This document shows positions 19,886-28,776 of a stretch of DNA of 64,000 nt, one piece after another. Both the position numbers and the translations under genes were made by a program. Below the pieces are notes generated by a model that did not search any database, had not been told where the DNA came from, and saw only the letters and a program-made list of their open reading frames with translations. Position 1 is the first letter of the stretch; each line of letters opens with the position of its first letter. Where the stretch lies: positions 283,039-347,038 of the forward strand of contig QKIY01000028.1 of assembly GCA_003250975.1 (NCBI GenBank), given 5' to 3'. The stretch comes from Gammaproteobacteria bacterium (GTDB lineage: Bacteria > Pseudomonadota > Gammaproteobacteria > Eutrophobiales > Eutrophobiaceae).

Positions 19886-20887
19886 TTAACGGAAAAGATT
19901 ATTGTCCAGAAACTGCCAGGTACGGGTGATATGCAGGATATCTGTTTCAGCCTTAATATTGTCGGGAAACGGTGCAAAGGGGGATGATAAATCAACAATA
20001 CGGATGGCCGCATCATCTAGGATCTTCGATCCTGAAGAACGGCGAACATTTATCTGGTTAACACTGCCATCAGCGTTTAATGCCACATCCAGGATCAGAC
20101 TGCCGGTTAATTTGTTTTTGCGCGCAGAATCGGGGTAATTAAGATTACCCACTCGTTCAACTTTGGCGCGCCAGGCCTCCATGTAGGCAGCGTATTTATA
20201 CTCACGCGTACTTGCAGAGATAAATTTTCTTTTTGGGCGTTTTGCTTTTTCTTCAAGTTTGCGTTGAATCTCCGCACTTAGCGATGCAATCTTGAAACTG
20301 CTTGTCAGCAGGGCGGTGGCGCTTGGCAGCTCTTTTGTCTCCTCCTGCTCCTTTTGTGATTCTGTATCAGTCTTTGCGATCATATTTTTTTTGGTTTCTC
20401 GCGATTCCAGGGCAGTGACCTTTGAGGTTACCTTTTCAACTGCCATAAATTTTTCCGTATCCACAGGCACCTTCTTTTCTGCAGGGGTCGTTTCTGATGA
20501 TTCGGACTTGTTCTTGTCAGGTGGTGGTGAGCTTGTTGACGGAGGTGTGGTGATCTCTGCACGCTGATCAGGGAAAGGAGCAGGCATCGGGGTTGCAGGA
20601 CTCAGCTTTTCATCAGTATCACCGCCGCCTTCCAGATTTGCCTGGGCCAGGAAGTCTGCGTCCTCCGCCGCTTTGCTTTTTTCCTGTACCAGGATGATCT
20701 CCATGGTTTCATATTTTGGCTGAATGGATTCTTCACTCGAAAAGGTAACTCCCAGTATGACAATGCCATGGGCAATAATCGCAAGACATAGCGTCAGGCT
20801 GAATCGATCAACCGGCGTGATCTGTGGCTTGTTGGTTTTACTGGTTTGAACAGACATGCTGGTTGCGGCCACCCGGTTTTGTTTCAC
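19886..20887 (-). CDS. TonB-family energy transducer (TonB3-like)
   Basis: N-terminal TM with His, Pro-rich linker, C-terminal W..KVERVGNLNYP...SSG..ILD.AA..I...PFAPFP; gshB-tonB-yqgE synteny. Confidence 0.85.
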   Translation of the reverse strand: MKQNRVAATSMSVQTSKTNKPQITPVDRFSLTLCLAIIAHGIVILGVTFSSEESIQPKYETMEIILVQEKSKAAEDADFLAQANLEGGGDTDEKLSPATPMPAPFPDQRAEITTPPSTSSPPPDKNKSESSETTPAEKKVPVDTEKFMAVEKVTSKVTALESRETKKNMIAKTDTESQKEQEETKELPSATALLTSSFKIASLSAEIQRKLEEKAKRPKRKFISASTREYKYAAYMEAWRAKVERVGNLNYPDSARKNKLTGSLILDVALNADGSVNQINVRRSSGSKILDDAAIRIVDLSSPFAPFPDNIKAETDILHITRTWQFLDNNLFR

Positions 20888-21831
20888 GAAGACGCATAGT
20901 CTTTTTCAATCGCCAACATCAGGTCTCTGGCTATATTGAGTGAATAGATTTTATCAAGTTCCCTGATGCAGGTGGGACTGGTGATGTTAATCTCCGTCAG
21001 GTAGTTTCCGATAACATCAAGACCGACGAAGGCCAACCCGTTTTCACGTAAAGTTGGGGCAACACCCTGACAAATCTCACGGTCCCTGCTGTTCAACTCA
21101 ACGCCTTTACTGGTTCCACCTGCCGCAAGGTTGCCGCGGTTTTCGCCGTAAACGGGGATCCGGGCGAGCGCATAGGGTACGGGATCGCCATTGATCAACA
21201 GTATCCGTTTATCACCATCACTGATTTCTGGTATGAATCTCTGGGCCATGATGAAGCGGCTGCCATGCAAGGTTAATGTCTCGATGATGACGTTAATATT
21301 AGTATCATTTTTCCTGGCCCTGAAGATTGAGGCGCCACCCATGCCGTGCAATGGTTTCAGGATCGTATCCTCATGAGTATCGACAAATTCTCGCAACTGA
21401 ACGGGGTCGCTGCTAACAAGCGTAGGTGCAATAAATTCCGGAAAGTAGTTTATAAAGAGTTTTTCATTAAAGTCCCTGAGGGCGGCAGGGTCGTTAACAA
21501 CGTAGACACCTTCCTCCTGCGCCAGCTCCAGAATCTGGGTAATGTAAATATATTGCATATCTACGGGAGGGTCCTTGCGCATCAGGATGATATCCAGCTC
21601 CGCAAGAGGCCAGGGTGTCCGATCGCCCTGTCTAAACCAGTTAGACGGATCATCCTTGACGGACAGTTTGCTCATGCGTCCCCAGGCTTCGCCATCCTGG
21701 ATAAAGAGGTCAGCCGCTTCCATGTAATAGTTTTCCCAGCCAAGGGACTGGGATGCCAGCAACATGGCGAAGGAACTGTCCTTCCGGATATTGATATCCC
21801 GGATAGGATCCATAAGGATGCCCAGCTTCAT
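20884..21831 (-). CDS. gshB: Glutathione synthetase
   Basis: MRKDPP, NEKL, KPLHGMGG, RGNLAAGG and EINITSPT motifs. Confidence 0.97.
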   Translation of the reverse strand: MKLGILMDPIRDINIRKDSSFAMLLASQSLGWENYYMEAADLFIQDGEAWGRMSKLSVKDDPSNWFRQGDRTPWPLAELDIILMRKDPPVDMQYIYITQILELAQEEGVYVVNDPAALRDFNEKLFINYFPEFIAPTLVSSDPVQLREFVDTHEDTILKPLHGMGGASIFRARKNDTNINVIIETLTLHGSRFIMAQRFIPEISDGDKRILLINGDPVPYALARIPVYGENRGNLAAGGTSKGVELNSRDREICQGVAPTLRENGLAFVGLDVIGNYLTEINITSPTCIRELDKIYSLNIARDLMLAIEKDYASS

Positions 21832-21935
21832 TTTATCGCCTGATCGCGTTGAAATTGCATGAATTCATACGTGCAGATATCTGTCCTGGCAGTTAAGATC
21901 AGAAAGATAATGTTGACTACTATACCACTCAATTC

Positions 21936-22865
21936 ATGTCTATAAACCGTATACGCATCACGACACGCGAAAGTCCGTTGGCTCTCTGGCAGGCTAAACA
22001 TGTCCGCAATGAACTTATCAAGCACCATCCAGAGCTTGCCGTTGAATTGATCGGGATCACCACCCAGGGCGATATTATACTTGATAAGCCACTTGTAGAT
22101 GTCGGAGGCAAGGGCCTGTTCATTAAGGAGCTTGAACAGGTCATCCTGGAAGACAGGGCGGACATCGCGGTACACTCTATGAAAGATGTAACTGTTGATT
22201 TTCCGCCCGGTCTGGCGTTGCCGGTAATCATGCGGCGGACTGACCCCAGAGATGTGCTGATTTCGAATGCCTATTCCACCGTAGATGAACTGCCGGATGG
22301 GGCTGTTGTCGGGACATCAAGCCTGCGCCGCCAATGTCAGTTGAAGGCCTACCGCCCGGATCTGCAGGTCGCGAACCTGCGCGGCAATGTCGGAACCCGG
22401 CTGCGCAAGCTGGATGAAGGGCAGTATGATGCCATTGTGCTTGCATCCGCAGGCGTGACCCGGCTTGGCCTCAGCGACCGCATCAGGCAATACCTGCCAC
22501 TGGATATCATGTTACCCGCGGTGGGGCAGGGTGCCATAGGAATTGAAACACGGGAGGACGACGGGGCGGTTATTGAACTTATCAAACCGCTTTCTGATCA
22601 CGAGACAACACTGCAGTTGAGAGCGGAGCGGGCATTCAGCAAGAAACTCTTTGGCGGCTGTCACCTTCCTATCGCAGCGCATACTACAGTGGAAGGTGAG
22701 AATCTGATAATGCGTGGTATGGTCGGGCAACTGGATGGTAAAAAGGTGGTTGCCGATCTTGCCAGTGGACCCGTGAGCGAACCAGAGAGTGTGGGCGAGG
22801 GACTTGCCGACAAGCTTTTAGGGCAAGGTGCCGACGCGATACTGCGAGAGTTACTCGATGAGTGA
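21936..22865 (+). CDS. hemC: Hydroxymethylbilane synthase
   Basis: TRESPLALWQA, GGKGLF, VHSMKD and GTSSLRR motifs. Confidence 0.97.
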   Translation: MSINRIRITTRESPLALWQAKHVRNELIKHHPELAVELIGITTQGDIILDKPLVDVGGKGLFIKELEQVILEDRADIAVHSMKDVTVDFPPGLALPVIMRRTDPRDVLISNAYSTVDELPDGAVVGTSSLRRQCQLKAYRPDLQVANLRGNVGTRLRKLDEGQYDAIVLASAGVTRLGLSDRIRQYLPLDIMLPAVGQGAIGIETREDDGAVIELIKPLSDHETTLQLRAERAFSKKLFGGCHLPIAAHTTVEGENLIMRGMVGQLDGKKVVADLASGPVSEPESVGEGLADKLLGQGADAILRELLDE

Positions 22866-23646
22866 TGAACTGCGGGGTAAAAAAATACTGGTGACCCGTC
22901 CGCTGCACCAGGCTGAACCCCTCTGCCATATGATCGAGCAGGCCAGCGGTACAGCCATCCGCCTGCCCATGCTGGAAATCCAGCCTGCTAAACCAGACCC
23001 CGAAATTGAGCGGAAGTTATCTGAAATCCCACGCTGCGACGCAGTTGTCTTTGTCAGCCGGAATGCGGTTAACTCAGCGCGAAAGCTGCTTGGGGATGAC
23101 CTCGGTTGTATCAGGGACAAAACAGTTTTTGCTGTCGGCCGTTCAACGGCCGATGCATTGAAGGCGGTGGGAGTGGATGAGGTCATTTATCCCGTTGAAG
23201 GATCCGATAGTGAATCATTGCTGGCATTACCCCTCCTGCAAGCCCCCAATGTCAGGAATAAAAAGATAGTGATTATTCGGGGTCAGGGTGGTCGTGAAAT
23301 GCTGGCTGAAAGCCTTAGACAACGGGGGGCCAAGGTGGAGTATGTCGAAGTTTATCGCCGTGTGCCGACAGTTTATGATCGAGAAACGCTGGCCAGACTC
23401 TGGCATGAACAAAGACCGGACCTGATTGTGATAAGCAGCGGGGAAGGTCTGCAAAACCTTTTTGATATGGTAACCTCAGAATGGAAACAGGAGCTGATAA
23501 CTACTCCCCTAGTGGTGCTGGGAAGGCGCATGGCTGAACAGGCGGAGAGCATCGGATTTACAGGCGGGATGGTATTAGCCGATGAAGCCAGCGATGAAGG
23601 TTTGATGAAGGCAATCAGGCGAAGCATTGGAGTGGAAAAGACATGA
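22858..23646 (+). CDS. hemD: Uroporphyrinogen-III synthase
   Basis: LVTRP, FVSRNAV, SESLL, RGQGGRE and VYRR motifs; ATG 22858 overlaps the end of hemC. Confidence 0.93.
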   Translation: MSDELRGKKILVTRPLHQAEPLCHMIEQASGTAIRLPMLEIQPAKPDPEIERKLSEIPRCDAVVFVSRNAVNSARKLLGDDLGCIRDKTVFAVGRSTADALKAVGVDEVIYPVEGSDSESLLALPLLQAPNVRNKKIVIIRGQGGREMLAESLRQRGAKVEYVEVYRRVPTVYDRETLARLWHEQRPDLIVISSGEGLQNLFDMVTSEWKQELITTPLVVLGRRMAEQAESIGFTGGMVLADEASDEGLMKAIRRSIGVEKT

Positions 23647-24746
23647 CAGATGACAAGTCAGAAAATAACAGCGACGCAGGACCACAGGGTAAGCTTGTCA
23701 AGATAGAAGACAGTCAACCTGCTGTAGACACCCGGAGGTTTCGTCAGGTCTTCATAGTGGTTGCTGTGCTGTTTCTTATTTTACTTGCTGTGCTTGCAGC
23801 ATCATCCTGGTTTTTGTATCAACAAATACAGTCCGTTTCACGCTCAACCAGCAACACTGCTGAAAACACCAAGGCAATTGATCTGACATTAGATAAAAAA
23901 TTCGGTCAGTTGAATTCAGATCTTGGACAATTACGCATACAACAGCAGGACCAATCGGATTCACTTACAGCACTGTATCGACGTTTCCCGAAAGATACCG
24001 AGGGCTGGGCATTATCAGAGGTGGAATATCTTCTGGTTATCGCGAGCCATCGCCTGCTACTGGAAAAGGACATTACGACTGCGTTGTCTGCAATGGAACT
24101 TGCGGATCTCAGGTTAAGGGACCTGGGTGATCCTGCCCTGATACCGGTGAGAGAACAATTAATGGCGGACATGAATACATTGCGAGCAGTGGAGAGGGTG
24201 GATATTAGTGGCCTGGCCATTTATCTTGCCGATCTCATTGATCGTTCCGGGGCCTTGCCGTTGAAGAGTGCGGGAGGAGAGGTTGTCGGTGGAACAACAG
24301 AAGATTTTCAGGCGGAACAGGACGCAACTGAACGCAGCTGGCGTGATCTGCCAGCCACTATCTGGAAGGAACTAAAGAGCCTAGTGGTTATCAAGCATTC
24401 CGGCGAAACGCGCCGTGCTCTTCTGCTGCCGGATCAGGAATATTTTCTCTATCAGAACCTGCGCCTTGAATTGGAGAATGCGCGGTTGGCAGTATTACAT
24501 CGCGATACGGAAAACCTGCGTGTCTCCATCAGTCTTTTGATGGACTGGCTTGGTGAATATTTTGACAATGAAAACACTGCGGTAATTAATGTCATGGATA
24601 CACTGGAAAAAATGTCCGCTCTCCAACTCGATTCGGAGATCCCTGACATTAGTTCTTCATTGGAAACTCTCCGGGCCTTTATGCATGAGAAAGAGTTATC
24701 GATCGTTCAGCCGGATAGAATGAATAATGGAGCTGGTTCCAGGTGA
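23643..24746 (+). CDS. hemX: HemX-family membrane protein
   Basis: TM plus coiled coil; W.LSEVEYL..IA..RL and LLPDQEYFLYQNL motifs; hemCDXY synteny. Confidence 0.9.
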   Translation: MTDDKSENNSDAGPQGKLVKIEDSQPAVDTRRFRQVFIVVAVLFLILLAVLAASSWFLYQQIQSVSRSTSNTAENTKAIDLTLDKKFGQLNSDLGQLRIQQQDQSDSLTALYRRFPKDTEGWALSEVEYLLVIASHRLLLEKDITTALSAMELADLRLRDLGDPALIPVREQLMADMNTLRAVERVDISGLAIYLADLIDRSGALPLKSAGGEVVGGTTEDFQAEQDATERSWRDLPATIWKELKSLVVIKHSGETRRALLLPDQEYFLYQNLRLELENARLAVLHRDTENLRVSISLLMDWLGEYFDNENTAVINVMDTLEKMSALQLDSEIPDISSSLETLRAFMHEKELSIVQPDRMNNGAGSR

Positions 24747-25969
24747 GAGCGCTCTTCGTATTTTTAATCGCTCTCGCAATAGCCGCTGTGATAGGCGCCT
24801 TTGCTGTCAATGATAGGGGAACTATTCTGATCACATTCTCTGACTGGACTATACAGACATCCCTAATCCTGTTTCTTTCTTCAGTCGTTCTGTTTTTCAT
24901 CACTGCATATATTCTTGTCCGCAGTTTGTTGAGGGTATGGGATATGCCGTCAAGCCTCAGGCGCTGGCGTAAGCAAAGACAACGACGCTTATCCGAGAAA
25001 TATCTTAGCAGGGGACTGGTAGCACTGGTAGAGGGTAACTGGAAGACGGCAGAAACCGATCTTGTGAAAGGCGCGCGTTATTCAAAGACCCCATTGATCA
25101 ATTTCCTCTGTGCAGCCCGTGCCGCGCAGAGAGAGGGGCGAATAGAAAAACGGGATCAATATATCAAGCTTGCATATTCCAGGGACCCGGAATCACAGAT
25201 TGCGATTGGATTGACCCAGGCAGAATTACAAATCAACGAACATCAGACCGAGCTGGCATTGGCAACCTTGATTAACTTGAACGAACAGCATCCTGATAAT
25301 GCTCGTATAAAACTGATGCTGCTGAGGACTTATACAGAACTTGAGTCATGGAATGATGTATTGTCAATTCTGCCGGGCCTCGAGAAATCCCGTCTCCTCC
25401 CCAGGGAAAATATAGTGGCCACCCAGTTGAAGGCCTATGCAGGCCTGATGAAAAAGGCTGGTGAGAAATCAAACCAGGAAAAACTGGACGCTGTCTGGAA
25501 GAGTATCCCCCGAAAACTGCGCGGCGAACTGCATCTCCTTGAGGTTTATACGACAGAAAAATTAAAATTTGATAATACAGAGGAGTGTGAACTCCTTATA
25601 AAAAAGGCATTAAAAGCGAAATGGGATCGGAACATCCTGCGTCTTTATGGCCTGGTGAAGGGAAAAGATCCGGCAAAACAGCTGGCGTTTGCCGAAAGCC
25701 TTTATACTGGCCATGCGCGCGACCCTGTCCTCTTACTTACACTGGGGAGATTGTGTATACGTAACTCGCTCTGGGGCAAGGCTGCTACTTATCTCAAGAA
25801 CAGTATTCAAATAGAACCTATGCCAGAAACCTATAGGGAATTTGCACGCCTACTGGAACAGCAGGGAGACTATGCTGCCGCCTCAAGTTACTATCAGCAT
25901 GGGCTGGTGTTGGCAACCTCGGTCAAGCCTCATGATCCCAGCAGTCTGTTGGAACAGTCTGACAAGTAG
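24743..25969 (+). CDS. hemY: HemY-family TPR membrane protein
   Basis: Two N-terminal TMs, EGNWKTAE, LLTLGRLC..LWGKA; synteny. Confidence 0.9.
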   Translation: MRALFVFLIALAIAAVIGAFAVNDRGTILITFSDWTIQTSLILFLSSVVLFFITAYILVRSLLRVWDMPSSLRRWRKQRQRRLSEKYLSRGLVALVEGNWKTAETDLVKGARYSKTPLINFLCAARAAQREGRIEKRDQYIKLAYSRDPESQIAIGLTQAELQINEHQTELALATLINLNEQHPDNARIKLMLLRTYTELESWNDVLSILPGLEKSRLLPRENIVATQLKAYAGLMKKAGEKSNQEKLDAVWKSIPRKLRGELHLLEVYTTEKLKFDNTEECELLIKKALKAKWDRNILRLYGLVKGKDPAKQLAFAESLYTGHARDPVLLLTLGRLCIRNSLWGKAATYLKNSIQIEPMPETYREFARLLEQQGDYAAASSYYQHGLVLATSVKPHDPSSLLEQSDK

Positions 25970-25988
25970 GATTTTTTCACCGAGTAGC

Positions 25989-27017
25989 TCAGGATGTACT
26001 GTTGGATTTTGCTGCAAACTCAAATGAGTCGGAGTAAATGTACTCTGCAGATAATCCCCGTTCGGTAAAACTATCAACCACGGCATGGACCATCGGCGGC
26101 GGTCCGCAGGCGTACACTTCAAAACCGGACAAGTCTTCAAAATCCTCAAGCACTGCCTCATGCACAAGACCGGTACGCCCCTGCCATTGATCATCTTCAT
26201 GTGGCTCAGACAGCACAGGTATGTAATGAAGTCTTTCCATCTCCTTGTCCCAGAACATCGCCAGGTCATGTAGGTAAAGGTCTTCTTTTGACCTTGCTCC
26301 CCAGTAAAAATGAATTTCCCGGTCAAGCGCCTTGTGGCGTGCACTTTCTATGATACTTTTGACCGGGGCAAAACCTGTACCTCCGGCGACCATGATAATG
26401 GGGCGATCAGAATCCTCTCTCAGAAAGAAACTGCCTAGTGGCCCTTCAATCCGTAGCAATGATTTTTCCTTAAGCTTGTTGAATGCGTATTCGGAAAATA
26501 CGCCACCCTCGTAATGTCGGACATGAAGCTCAAGATGTTCATCATCGTGAGGAGGATTGGCCAGAGAAAATGACCTGTGTTTGCCATTTAGCATGAGGAT
26601 ATCAATATATTGTCCGGCCAGGAACTGAAGACGCTCGGTCGAAGGCAACTTGAGAAAGAGCCGGAGTACATCATGGTTCAGTTTTTCTATTTTATCCACA
26701 CGGCAGGGTAATTTTCGCACGCTCAAATCACCAATGGCATCTATCTGCCGGGTTTCGATGCGGATATCAGTCAACGGCTTCGCCTGACAAAATAATGCGT
26801 AGCCATTTGATTTTTCCTCATCGTTAATTCCGGTTAACGGCACGTTGGTATATTCGATACGGCCTTCCAGCAGCTTGCCCTTGCATGAGCCGCACGAGCC
26901 ATTCCGGCACCCGTAGGGAAGGCCTATACCTTCACGCAGTGCAGCCGCCAGCACGGTTTCATTTTTTTCTGCAATAAATGTTGTTTCGGATGGTTCAATG
27001 GTGATCTTGAAGCTCAT
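25989..27017 (-). CDS. 2Fe-2S ferredoxin/FAD-NAD(P) reductase (CDP-6-deoxy-delta-3,4-glucoseen reductase family)
   Basis: CRNGSCGSC...C ferredoxin; RSFSLA; GGTGFAP; CGPPPMV. Confidence 0.9.
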   Translation of the reverse strand: MSFKITIEPSETTFIAEKNETVLAAALREGIGLPYGCRNGSCGSCKGKLLEGRIEYTNVPLTGINDEEKSNGYALFCQAKPLTDIRIETRQIDAIGDLSVRKLPCRVDKIEKLNHDVLRLFLKLPSTERLQFLAGQYIDILMLNGKHRSFSLANPPHDDEHLELHVRHYEGGVFSEYAFNKLKEKSLLRIEGPLGSFFLREDSDRPIIMVAGGTGFAPVKSIIESARHKALDREIHFYWGARSKEDLYLHDLAMFWDKEMERLHYIPVLSEPHEDDQWQGRTGLVHEAVLEDFEDLSGFEVYACGPPPMVHAVVDSFTERGLSAEYIYSDSFEFAAKSNSTS

Positions 27018-27055
27018 GAATCTTCCGGTGTGTTAAAAAAATCTGTGAATAATAA

Positions 27056-27724
27056 TCAGGAATGGCTCGAATGGGGGATGCTCCCGGGTCCGCTCAGCCA
27101 ACGCAACAAGGGTTTCCACTGCTCCCGGTCATAATAAGATTTTGATGGCGCCAGTTCAAAAATAGTTCTGCCCATTTCTGCGGCATGGACATAATTCTGA
27201 CTGGCCCGTAGCATCGTCATATAGGGTATCTTAGATCCGTTCGGCAGTGTCAGGGTCTGCAGGTAATACTCCAGTTTAGCAGCAGACAGAGTGTCTTCAC
27301 GCACCCTGTTGGCGACGCTCGCAAGTTTTACCTTTCGATTTATCTGTTTCCGGTGTGATACAAGTTCGCGCAGAAAACGCTCAGCCGCACGTACATCGAT
27401 AGCAGACGGCAGCACCGGCAAAACCACCGTTTGTGCTGCACGCGTGATATTGACCAGTTTTTCATCATGTATTGCCGCAGGAGAATCAATGATCAAAATC
27501 TCTGTATTGCGGTTGATCAAGAGCTCATTCCCGTTCAACTCGGCCGGTTCGATCTTTGCCAGGCCGTCGGGGCGAATTGCCAGCCAGTCGGCGCTACTGC
27601 CCTGGGGGTCGCAGTCTGCAAGTGACACACACTTCCCCCGCTGTGCAAACCAGCCAGCGATATTCGTTGCCAATGTAGTCTTGCCGCAACCGCCCTTGGG
27701 GTTCAATACCAGTATTGTTCTCAT
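27056..27724 (-). CDS. Short ParA-family ATPase
   Basis: Deviant Walker A KGGCGKTT, DCDPQGS, IIDSPA. Confidence 0.88.
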   Translation of the reverse strand: MRTILVLNPKGGCGKTTLATNIAGWFAQRGKCVSLADCDPQGSSADWLAIRPDGLAKIEPAELNGNELLINRNTEILIIDSPAAIHDEKLVNITRAAQTVVLPVLPSAIDVRAAERFLRELVSHRKQINRKVKLASVANRVREDTLSAAKLEYYLQTLTLPNGSKIPYMTMLRASQNYVHAAEMGRTIFELAPSKSYYDREQWKPLLRWLSGPGSIPHSSHS

Positions 27725-27759
27725 GGTGCCTTACAGTCTAACGGCTTTGTCTTTAAGAC

Positions 27760-28638
27760 TCACCCGCTGTCTTTTTTCTTCTCCATCAACACGTGGATGA
27801 TAGGGGTCATGATCAATTGCATGGCAAAAAGATTTTTGCCGGATGGAACAACGATAGTATCCGGACTGGACATGAATGAACCTACCAGCATCTCCAGTAA
27901 ATAACGCAGATCGACCTTGACCTTATCCAGATTGCTTATATGAATAATGGTATAACTCTGGTCATTAGTCGGGATCTCTAACGTGGCAAACGGGTTTGCT
28001 GTGTCTACAGTAGGTATACGCTGGAAGTTGATGTCGGTACGAGAAAACTGAGGCGTTATGTAATGCGTGTAGTCGTACATGCGGCTGAGAATCATCTTGG
28101 TAGCATCTTCCGAACTGTAACCGCGCACAGCCTTGTCCCTGTGGATCTTTTGTATCCATTCGAGATTGATAATGGGTGCCACGCCGATCAGGAGATCGAC
28201 ATACTGTGCCACGTTGATCGTATCTGTAACCACGCCGCCGTGAAGTCCCTCATAAAACAGGAGATCGGTGACTTCGGGTAAAGGTTCCCAGGGTGTCAGC
28301 GAGCCACGCGGTGCACCGTGCTGGGCGGCTTCCTCCTCATTGTGTATGTAGTAACGGCGCTTGCCAGTGCCGAATTCAGAGTACTCCCTGAACAGTGCCT
28401 CGAGCTCCTCAAACATGTTTCCTTCAGGGCCGAAATGCGTGATATTACGTCCCTCTTTTTCAGCTGCCTCGACTGCAGCATCCATTTCCAGGCGGTTATA
28501 ACGGTGGAAGCAATCGCCTTCGATAATTGCAGGGACGATCCCTTCTCTCCGGAAGATCTGCTCGAATGCCGTCTTCACACTGGTCGTGCCTGCGCCGGAT
28601 GAACCGGTAACTGCTACAATCGGGTGTTTTACGGACAT
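27760..28638 (-). CDS. prkB: Phosphoribulokinase (proteobacterial class)
   Basis: HPIVAVTGSSGAGTT, EGDCFHRY, YEGLHG, NLEWIQKIHRD and TDINFQR motifs. Confidence 0.93.
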   Translation of the reverse strand: MSVKHPIVAVTGSSGAGTTSVKTAFEQIFRREGIVPAIIEGDCFHRYNRLEMDAAVEAAEKEGRNITHFGPEGNMFEELEALFREYSEFGTGKRRYYIHNEEEAAQHGAPRGSLTPWEPLPEVTDLLFYEGLHGGVVTDTINVAQYVDLLIGVAPIINLEWIQKIHRDKAVRGYSSEDATKMILSRMYDYTHYITPQFSRTDINFQRIPTVDTANPFATLEIPTNDQSYTIIHISNLDKVKVDLRYLLEMLVGSFMSSPDTIVVPSGKNLFAMQLIMTPIIHVLMEKKKDSG

Positions 28639-28776
28639 GGTTTCGTGCTTGAATGATTAACCGAAGTTTGGGCCATTGTAGCAGCAACCCGCCCTGATTC
28701 GCCTATTAAATTGATAAATAGGTAAAAAATCCCCGTGATTGTGGTTAAATAAGCGGAAAATATAAGGTGCTGTTGG

